A DNA stretch of 64,000 bases, from contig CM041465.1 of the NCBI GenBank assembly GCA_023213395.1, forward strand, positions 93,131,741 through 93,195,740, read 5' to 3'. The notes below the pieces were generated by a model that saw only the letters and a list, made by a program, of their open reading frames with translations, made no database searches and had not been told where the DNA came from. This document shows, piece by piece, positions 54,422 to 64,000 of the stretch (position 1 is the first letter of the stretch; every line of letters starts with the position of its first letter). Origin of the DNA: Cycas panzhihuaensis. Its lineage: Eukaryota > Plantae > Cycadophyta. Made by a program: the position numbers and the translations under genes.

Positions 54422-55247
54422 GCCCATAGTATCTTTAGTTTTCCTCATATAACCTTAACATTTATCACTTGCTTTTGGAATAAACTCATAAGATTTTGAG
54501 TTTGGTATCATAAGAATAGACTGCTTAAGAGATTATTACCTCGTGTTAGCAAAATTGTCCAAACCTTAGTTGAGAATAGAAATTCAATATTAGCAACAAC
54601 AACATCCATTTACAAAGCATGATAACATTAGTTTTTCAAACAAAAACCACAATAAAACTGGTGTTGAGTATCTAGTCTCATTCGAAAAAGTCATCCAAGC
54701 CATTATTTGGCAATCACAATGAGACTGGTATCAACTCAACTTTAATATCAGCCATCTTGGCTCTGCATTGACATTAGTTTTTTTCCTTCATTTCACATCT
54801 GCTTGTTCTGATTTGGAATTTTCAAAAGTATCATGCCCATAGTATCTTTAGTTTTCCTCATATAACCTTAACATTTATCACTTGCTTTTGGAATAAACTC
54901 ATAAGATTTTGAGTTTGGTATCATAAGAATAGACTGCTTAAGAGATTATTACCTCGTGTTAGCAAAATTGTCCAAACCTTAGTTGAGAATAGAAATTCAA
55001 TATTAGCAACAACAACATCCATTTACAAAGCATGATAACATTAGTTTTTCAAACAAAAACCACAATAAAACTGGTGTTGAGTAGCTGGTCTCATTCGAAA
55101 AAGTCATCCAAGACATTATTTGGCAATCACAATGAGACTGGTATCAACTCAACTTTAATATCAGCCATCTTGGCTCTGCATTGACATTAGTTTTTTTCCT
55201 TCATTTCACATCTGCTTGTTCTGATTTGGAATTTTCAAAAGTATCAT
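54422..55247. repeat. 413-bp near-identical tandem duplication
   Basis: Units at 54422-54834 and 54835-55247; three mismatches seen by eye. Confidence 0.95.
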
Positions 55248-57934
55248 GGCCATATACTCCTCAAGCCAGACTTTAAACCAATCAACCATTTATTTCAGAG
55301 TTTGTCACATCTACAATCTTTTAAAAATAACATGTCCATGAACTTTCATATGCTAAATAGATAGTTATTCCCCATAACAAAATTTAGATAAGAAACTAGA
55401 TAATATAGTAACCTTATTCCAACTGCTAAGCAACAGCTCTATCTCATATAGCTAGATTTTCATTCCATAATTAACAATTGAAGTGGTAAACACATAAATA
55501 CAATAATGCCCACTTCAATTTAATTGAACCTTTAATATCATTGAAAAATTCAGGACTGCAGCCAACAAGGCCGAGCATTACCACACTCTGAAACTCTCTA
55601 AATAGCAAATACAGGTAAAGTAACTACCTATTGATCACTTAAAACTAGTGAAAATCATAATTATGTAAGCCATTAGCTGTCTGAAGGATATGAAAGATTT
55701 ATTAAACAATGTAGGCCCTTGAAAAAGCATCACGAAATAAAGGTGGCAAGAACAAATACATCCTCTAAAGTGAATGCTCCCTTTCTCTCCCATAGCTTCA
55801 ACATTTGTAAAGGACGACGACAATTGTAGCCTTCATATCACTGCCTCAAAAATACTTTACAAGGCATAGGATTAAAAACCTACACATTCGTTACCCATCA
55901 ATACTATTTTGAAGAAAACCTGAAACGTGTTAAAGCTCTTGTTGCATGTTGTATCTTCCTTCCATTGGCCTGTGATCCTATTTCTCTCGTTGTTTTATTT
56001 TTGCACTTTTCTTTTAAAACATGTTGTCTTTTGTTTCCATTCATCTCCCCCACAACTAATTGTGTTCTCTCTATACTTTTTTGTCTCCTTTCCACTCTAT
56101 AGTTTATCAGTGTATATTTGGATGATATGCCATGCCATATTAAGTCTTCTCCTGATATTTATTTCTATAGTTTCCTTATACGGTAATGTTGTTTCTTGCT
56201 ATTAATCTCTTTCTATACATGGGTATGCCTAAGACTTGGCACTATGCACTCAGACGGCTTGTTATCTTGCTCCTTTCTTATATTCCCGAACCTCACCATG
56301 TATCCCCACATATTTCCGAGTCATGGAATCAATCAATCGCCAAAGGTCCATCCATGGAAAACATAGGGCACAGAAATGACCTATTCGAGCCCTCTCCTAA
56401 AATGGGGTTGAAAGCTCTGAACGTCATTCCGTGCAACTATAACCATGGCTGGGGGGAATATGCAGTGTCAGCCCTAACTCCTTTATGCTGGTATCAGTCC
56501 CTACCTCAAATGATTCACCTCGTAGGTTCAGCATGAGATCATGGCACACGCAAGATTCGATGATGGCGATGACAACATAGCAGCGAATGGCAACACTCTT
56601 TTTTAAGAATTCAAATATTTTATTTTTTTATATTTTTTTTTATTTTATAAAGTTTAAAAAAATTTAAATTTAATTGTATATTTTTTCAATTCTAGAGTTT
56701 AAAAAAGGCTTAAGCCCCCTTGCAAACTTAGCCCCTGGTCTTAAGCCTTCCATGTGACCTTTAGCTTATTGCTAAAGGGGCCAACAACCTTTATAAAATT
56801 TTTTTAGCTTTTTTTTTTTTTTTCATTTTTTATTTCACATAGGGTACCTAGCAAATGTTTGTCATAACTTTTGACTAGGTCATCAGTTTCTGACAAAACC
56901 TATCCTATTGCATTTAAAATTTTCTAAGGAGTGATTTTAACTAGTCATATGCCCTATTTAGAGCTGGTTTAACCTATTTTCAATCAGTTTAAAGTCACTC
57001 ATTGAGTTTTAAAGCTATTTTAAACTAGTTTTACAAAACTCCTTTTTTATCAGGTTATATTTTATCATCAGGAAATTATTTTCTACCTGGATCTATTCTA
57101 TAGTAATCTATTATTAGTAAATTTCATCACCATCTATTAATTTTATTTTTTAAGGTTTATTTTAATCATTATTTTAATCAGCCAATGTGACACTTTAGCC
57201 TTTTTTAAACATTTTACCATAAAATTACTTCTTGTTATTTTTATTATAACTTTTTTGTTTTACATTAGAATTAGATCTATCAGTTTTGTTGGGAAGCTGG
57301 CTCACTTCTCTTCGAATTGGCATTATTATTTATAAGTTTTAAAGTGTTTTTTATATATTTTCAAAGTCATCAAAGTTGAGGTACTTAATAGCCTCCCATT
57401 TATCATTATTGCATATTTACATATATTATTTCTCAAAATTTTTCAACTAAAAATATATTAAGCAGCTTGCTAAACTATATTTGATCATTTTTTATCGTTC
57501 TATAAATTTTTACTAGTATTGTTATAATATTTTGAGCCCTAGACTCATGTTAAGCCTTAAAAAGAGGACTATATCTTTGGTTCATTAAAATATTAACTTG
57601 TAGGAACTTGTTTTCAAAATGGTCAGTTCCATTGAATAAATTTTTCATTGATCCTCAAACTCGTATAATTTCACTTTATTCTGTCATTGTTTAGTATAAC
57701 TTTGAAGATGCTAAACTTGAATATTTAGTATATCCTAATAAGCTTTCACTTACTTTTTGCACTTATAATAGTTACATTTTGTTAATATACTTTCCAAAGG
57801 TATCTTTCATTTTTTCAAAGTGCATTACATTTCTTTCAAAGAGTATATTTAAAATCATATAAGTTTATTTTATTTTTAAGTTCTTTGATTTAGTAAAAGC
57901 ATATTTCTTTTTTTGTACTAAAGTTTTCGATAAA

Positions 57935-58552
57935 ATGATAATCAATCTTAATAAAGTACAATTTCCTATATTTGATGGCCATAATTTTTCACTATGACAT
58001 AAAACAGTGTAAAATTATTTTAGTACACATGATCTTTAGAGTTACCTATAAGATGAATATGATGTTAATATTAAGGAAAACATTAAAAAAGATAATGAAG
58101 CCTTAGCTTTACTATTTTATAAGATGGATGATAATATCTTTTCTAGAGTTTGTGAATTGATAACTTCTAAATCTGTATGGGACATTTTGATTTCGACTTA
58201 TGGGGGAGATACCCTCAATGAATTTAATATTGATTTTGTTGAACATGTGATACAGGTACCAAAGCAGGTGGATTGTAATGAAAATACTAAGAAAAATTTA
58301 AGTCAAATACGTGATCATCTTGTTACACAAGAACCTGATCCTCCATTTGAAGGGGAGAAATATGATGATATCACAATTACTCACAACACAAAGACTTCAA
58401 AAGACAAAGTTAAAGTTTTAGGAGACAAAGTCAAAGTCACAGCCACACCTCTACATTTTAATCAAGTTACATTTACTTACAGTGTTTTTGTACCATTCAA
58501 TAAGAAAGAAACACATGTTGCTAAAAGGATAAGAAGAGTTGATAATTATTAA
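57935..58552 (+). pseudogene. Truncated copia gag of element D
   Basis: FPIFDGHNFSL*..KKDNEALALL..MDDNIFSRV..TSKSVWDILISTYGG. Confidence 0.85.
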
Positions 58553-59970
58553 TCCCAAAGATAAATCTTCATTTTTTTTTTCAAGTATAAATTTCATAAG
58601 TTTAAAGAAAAGACAAGTTGTTTGTGATGACCATTAAGGGGGAGAATGTTGGGATTAATGATCATCACCTCACTCCCACCTTCCAACCAGGAGTACACAC
58701 CTCACTCTTATTAATTTACATATGTGGGTGCTCACATATGAAGGTAAATATAAGGTGAGGTTAAGTTGATTTGATTTAATTTAAGTTAAGTTCATTTGAG
58801 TTAAGTTATATTTTATTATTATTTAAATTTTAAGGGTTGGGGAGTTTTCCTCCTCCCTCAAACTATATATTTAGAGGGGTATGCAACCCTGGTGTCTTTA
58901 GACATCACCTACTTTTAGACATTTATAATGCTCTTTCTCAAAAAATGGATTAAATACAAAAGCTCTTGTGTTTATACAACAATGATATATTGATTTATGA
59001 TTATGTGTTTAAGTTCTACCCTATTCTCCATCGAGTTTATTTTTCCTATAATATTATATAAAACTTTTGAGTAACCTATGTCATTATATATTTTGGCTTC
59101 TACATAATATAATTTTAAAAGAATATATACATGTACAACATACTCATGTGACTTAAGCAAGAACCTTACACTAAAAATATAATTTAATTAAGATATTTAC
59201 CTCTTATTACTTACTATTTATAGTCAATCACCTACTACTATTAAAAATGACTCCCTATTTATGTTAAATTCTTCAAATGGGTCATATATTTTTTGCTTTT
59301 AATATTGGTTAACATATGTAATAAATTTTCTAAGGTCTTATATGTCAAATCATTAATAACATCATCATTGGCCACTTTGTAGAATGCAAAAAAATTACTA
59401 GACTTAGCTACCTTTAGGCTTTACTAAACTAGTGTGATATAAATTATCAATCACCATGCATCATGTTATTTCCTATAATCTAGAAGCTTCATAGTTATCA
59501 TGCTAAAATATGAGTGAAAGTATGTGTTTCTTACTATCTAATTTAACTTAGATTAGTTCTTTTATAAGTATATACTCTTGTTTACCTATTAGTTTACTAG
59601 ATGAATGTGTCTATAGCTAGTCAATGATGATTTTAACCATGGTTAGTGACTTTATAGCTGTGCATCTAAGTTCATTGAATTAAAGAAAGGCCTCTCAATA
59701 CCTCTATAATACATGTATTATATTTCTCTTAATTCTATTTACAACATATATCTATTTTGCCTGCTTCAATTTTTTTTATTAAAAACTCTTTTTTGATGTC
59801 TTTTTTATTCTTAACACTATGATTATTATCATCTCATTTAAATTACACTTTCCATGCTTATTATTTGCTCTAATTTTAGGTCTTGTATCTTTACATGCCT
59901 CACTTTCCTTATTACTGATATCTTATTAAGAAAAAAAGGGCCTTAGTATTGTTTGTTGGGTTTAGAAAAG

Positions 59971-61010
59971 TGTTAAGAATCCAACCCCTAACTTGCCTTC
60001 TTTTATATTCTCTTATATCTTTTATTTCTTCTGTCTCTTATCTTCTCTTATATCTTCTATTTCTTCTACTTCTTTTATCTTTTTAATATCTCACATACAT
60101 AAGTAGGAGGTTGTGTAGTAGCCATAGAGCCCTATATATATTCATGTGATCCTTAAAATGTAATATCTTGAATATCATTGCTATTATATATAACTGGGAG
60201 GTTATCGCCTTCAAGGGTATTGTAATATAAGTTCTCTTTTTTAGTTTTATTTAAACACTATGCTAGTGTGATACTATCATTAAAGGAGTGATATCATATT
60301 GAGTGGTATTAGAGCAGTTAATCCATAGCTTATATGAGAGTCAAGGGTATTGAATAGTCAATTCCTTTCTATCAATTTTCATTCTCATCAATATTTATTT
60401 TCATTTTAAATTTTTGCTCAGTTACTTCTACTTTATGGGGGTAGACAATATTGTAATCAAGCATCTACCCTAACACTACCACCAAATAGTTTTCCTCTGC
60501 ATTTAGATGGAAAGCCTATGGAAGGGGTCTATAAATATCATGAGCAATTATCTTTTTAGGATAAGTGTATTGTGGCTTTTTTACCCCCTACGTGAAGGAC
60601 TATAGATCACACTCCTAAACTAAACCTTAGATAGAACTTAGCTGCAAAATCATACCTCCATATACCTATGGTTATATAGGAAGACCCCCTAGGTAGGCTT
60701 TCCTAGTATAGGTAACCATAGAAAACTTATCAATCATTTATAATTTATAATACACTAGTAAGCAATTAGTACTAGGAAGTTACTCTCCACATATCTTATA
60801 GATGGGGTAGTATAACTGCAAAGTAGAGCATTAGTCTATGCAAGTTAATACTATTTACAAATAGGAGTAGTATATTAGAGGGCTGACAAACTATATAATC
60901 CTAGACTTAATATACTTGGTCAACTTATTAGTGGTTAATGCACACCTAATTAGTCTATGAGTAGTCATCATCAGTCTATAAAACCTAATATATCCATGTT
61001 AGATATGTTG
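59971..61010 (+). mobile_element. LTR, PBS and heavily deleted internal remnant (possibly gypsy)
   Basis: TGTTAAG start, PBS TGGTATTAGAGC at 60304, only weak RT- and integrase-like traces downstream. Confidence 0.4.
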
Positions 61011-61405
61011 AATACTTTACAAGTGTTACATGGGTATAGGCATTATACTCAAGCCTCTAAGAAAACTTTTTATATATCTTATAGGGGTATTTTTTTTGCC
61101 CATGGTTTATGCCTATTGTATTATAAAACTCTAAGGCAGTGTCTTATAAAGTTGTGTCTATATATTCTTATGTAATGGCATATATAAAAAATAGTTTGAT
61201 GAGTCTTTAATGAGCCGATGAGGAAAGCTAGGATTTTTATCTCTATAATTCTTTACTTGTTGCCCAAATTAATAAAAGGTCTATACTTAAACTAAAATCT
61301 CTTGGTATTCTTTATTGCATGCTTGGTTCATCTATGCTATTTATTCTTTGCAGGGTTTACAGTTTTGTTAATACATTACTTTTACGATTATATTTTCTCT
61401 TTATT

Positions 61406-62444
61406 TGGTATTAGAGCTAACGGTTTTAGTTATGTGATAAGCCATTTAGTAAGTGGAAGCCTTGTTTGGTAAACTTGAGTATATAGATCATGGTAAACAC
61501 TACAAAGATAGAGATTAAAAAAAGTAATAGGTAGAACTTTAGGTTATGGAAGCTAAAGATAGAAGATATCCTCATAAAAAAGGATTAGTAGATCATTGTA
61601 GTAAATACAAAGCCTATGAATATAGCTAATGAAGATTGGAAGAAGCTTAATAAAAAAGTAATCAGTTTGATAAGGTTATGCTTTTCAGATAGGGTGTTGT
61701 TGAATGTTACCATAGGGTCTATGACCAATGATTTGTGGAAAAAGTTAGAGGCTCTATATCAGACTGAGTCCTTAGTTAATAAGCTACTTTTTTAGAAAAA
61801 GTTATATTCACTAAGGATGAGTGATAGGGATATAGTTGTAAATCATCTCATTATATTTAATACTATGGTGAGCTAGCTTATTTTAGTTGCAGTAATAATG
61901 TTTGAGAAGGACAAGTATATTACCCTATTATATTCACTTCCTGATTCCTAGGATAATCTTGTGATGACAATTAGCAATACAGCTACTAGTACCCTGAAAT
62001 TGATGATGTCATTGCTTCCATATTGTTAAAAGAGATAAGGCAAAAATATTGTAGGGATTATTTAAAAGAAGCATTAGTGATGAGAGGTTGAATATTAGAT
62101 CATGACCAATAAAGATCAATGAACAAATAGCTAAAATCTAAAAGAAAATCCAAATCTCTAGGTAGAGGTCCTTTAGTATGTTAGGATGTGGAAAGATTGG
62201 CCATATGAAGAGTTAATATTAAGTCAAGGTTAATAAGGTAAAGTCACCTAAAGCTGCTTCTTCCATAGTAGCAAAAGCCTCTAATGAAGTCGATGGTGAT
62301 GTTTATTTATCAACTTCAGATAAGATATCAAATGTTGAGTCTTGGTTAATTAACTCTAGTGCTTTGCTTCATGTTACTCCCCATAAAGAGTGATTTTATA
62401 AATACAAAAGTATTTATAGAGGTGAAGTATTTATTGGGGATCAT
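61406..62444 (+). mobile_element. Tork-like copia PBS, gag and protease start, interrupted at 62445 (its 5' LTR ends ~61403)
   Basis: PBS TGGTATTAGAGC at 61406, then NFRLWKLKIEDIL, LIRLCFSD, LWKKLEALYQTESLVNK, LLYSLPDS and SWLINSSA..HVTPH. Confidence 0.9.
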
Positions 62445-64000
62445 TATGAAAGAGGTTATTATATCAAGGTCATTTATGTAGATTAATTAAGTGACCTTAG
62501 GATATATTATTAGTATTAGTCTCTTAGTGAAATATGCTTTATATGCATTTAGATATAATTTTAAGTTTATGTCATTAGGCAAAAAATTTCTAACCTTAAT
62601 ACTCACCGTCAATAATAAAAGGCGAAATATCAAAGAGAGAGTCATTATTCATTCTCACTGTCAAGCTTGCTCTCATATCTTATTTTCATCTCCTTTTCAC
62701 TCTCCATTGTTATTATGTATATGTAAGTGATTTATTCCCTAGATCCATCCTTTTTTCATATGGTATCAGAGCTAAAAGGGGATCTATTTGCTCCATTCCA
62801 CTTACATGGAGTCATTTTGCCTCCCCTACACCTTTAATATGAAGTATTAAGAGTGCACTCATCATTTTTAGAATTTTGAGAGCTTAAAATTACATTACTT
62901 TATATGTTGTTATTTTATCTATGTGTTCAAAATTTTAGAGGTGAAAAATATAGGTTTTTAAAGCTGTTTGGTTGTTAGAACAGTCCTAGAAGTATTAAAG
63001 GCCTAAAATTTTATGAAAATTTTGACCATCTCAAATTTTGATAAAATTTGACATGAAAGGTTGTATTACCAAGAGGATTATTTTTTTCTTCTAGAGTAGC
63101 TTTAGAGTCAACCTACAATAGTGAGTTTTGACTGAAATAAAAAGTTAAAATTTATGGATAAGTGACTTAAGGCACTTTTCCCAATAAAATCCTTTAATCA
63201 TAAGCTGAAAATATGAAAGTTTTTTTAAGAGATCTAGTAGATTTATATGTTATAATCATTTTAAGAGAAATCTCATCAAATTTCATCTATCAGTTAGTGA
63301 GATCTATGCAGTTTTCTTATAGATGTTAAATTTATCTACTCAACCCCATAAAAGATATTGTGAAGGTGTTTCAAGTAGTTTTTTTACTGATTTTGGAGAT
63401 GGTACAGAAGGAAAAGTTGATGTACGTGTTAAGATGTAGCCTTTGACATATTGAAGTTTAGATTCTAAGATAGTCGATCTGGTAAGATTCAACTTTTATG
63501 TTTTTTTCAAGTAAGAAATTTTTTATGCCTTTTTAAAAATATGACTTTACTACTCTATCAGAAACAACATTCTAAACACTATTTTCTTCTTCCATAAATT
63601 TAAATTTCATCATTTAGGCCTTCATATTTGTAATTTTTAGAAAATTTTTCTATTTATCATTATTTATAAATTTTGTAAAAAAATCATAAAATAGGGCAAA
63701 ATAACATGCATCTAGATTTTTAAAAATCAGTATTTTAGTAGTAAGTTGACCTACTTTTTATCCTATTGTAGCTTTTGTATTAAAATTTTTAAAAACATAA
63801 TTGGAAATATTATACTAAAGCAAGGAAAACCTTATATTGGAAGCAACATCTAATTCCCTTGCTAAATCTAACATGCTTTTTCTATTTGTATACTAGCATA
63901 AAGCATAAAGCATCACATAAAGCAGTAACAATAATAAAGTAAGCATAAAAAGTAAGCAAGCATATTTAGTAACCTTCCATTTTAGTTTTTAGTTATTCAT
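62445..64000 (+). mobile_element. 5' end of another LTR element: LTR at 62445-62760, PBS, long AT-rich leader running off the window
   Basis: T(A)TGAAA...TTTCA(T)A termini and a perfect TGGTATCAGAGC at 62761-62772. Confidence 0.85.

Larger units (their letters stand above)
52765..59050 (+). mobile_element. Non-autonomous copia element D: ~4.7-kb leader with foreign insert, truncated gag, no pol
   Basis: 404-bp LTRs at 52765-53168 and 58647-59050, TSD ATATT, PBS TGGTATCGGAGT at 53171, PPT at 58636-58646. Confidence 0.95.
51940..59930 (-). mobile_element. Remnant copia-like element G (3' LTR at 51940-52257 plus PPT), interrupted by element D
   Basis: TGTAG...TAATA LTR, then tttctccctct (PPT on the minus strand). 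The internal 3' segment resembles those of C and E. No 5' LTR found and the right boundary is uncertain. Confidence 0.5.

Noticed and set aside
56121-56150. DDMPCHIKSS resembles the YjbQ/UPF0047 motif DDMPAHIKSS
   Set aside because: The flanking residues and spacing do not continue the match, so it is probably chance.

Overview
AT-rich, CpG-depleted repeat region of a large plant genome (a gymnosperm is my inference from the element types). It contains no intact protein-coding gene and is a stack of nested, decayed retroelements. These are a Tat/Ogre-like Ty3/gypsy element (minus strand, ~1-11.6 kb), at least nine Ty1/copia-type LTR elements or remnants (several with paired LTRs, tRNA-iMet PBS, PPT and 5-bp TSDs), gypsy remnants and a 5'-truncated L1 LINE with a 16-bp TSD. 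Four non-TE gene fragments were recognised by manual translation: a CXE11/16-like carboxylesterase, a DUF72/YecE-like protein of a mainly prokaryotic family, a CDC25/ACR2 rhodanese-type arsenate reductase and a cytosolic LeuRS editing domain. The first three lie upstream of gag in copia elements, which suggests recurrent loading of host-RNA cargo into long 5' leaders. Seven copia-type elements also carry an inverted repeat, of differing sequence, that puts the PPT and LTR start in a hairpin loop. Protein identities rest on motif recall, not on database searches.
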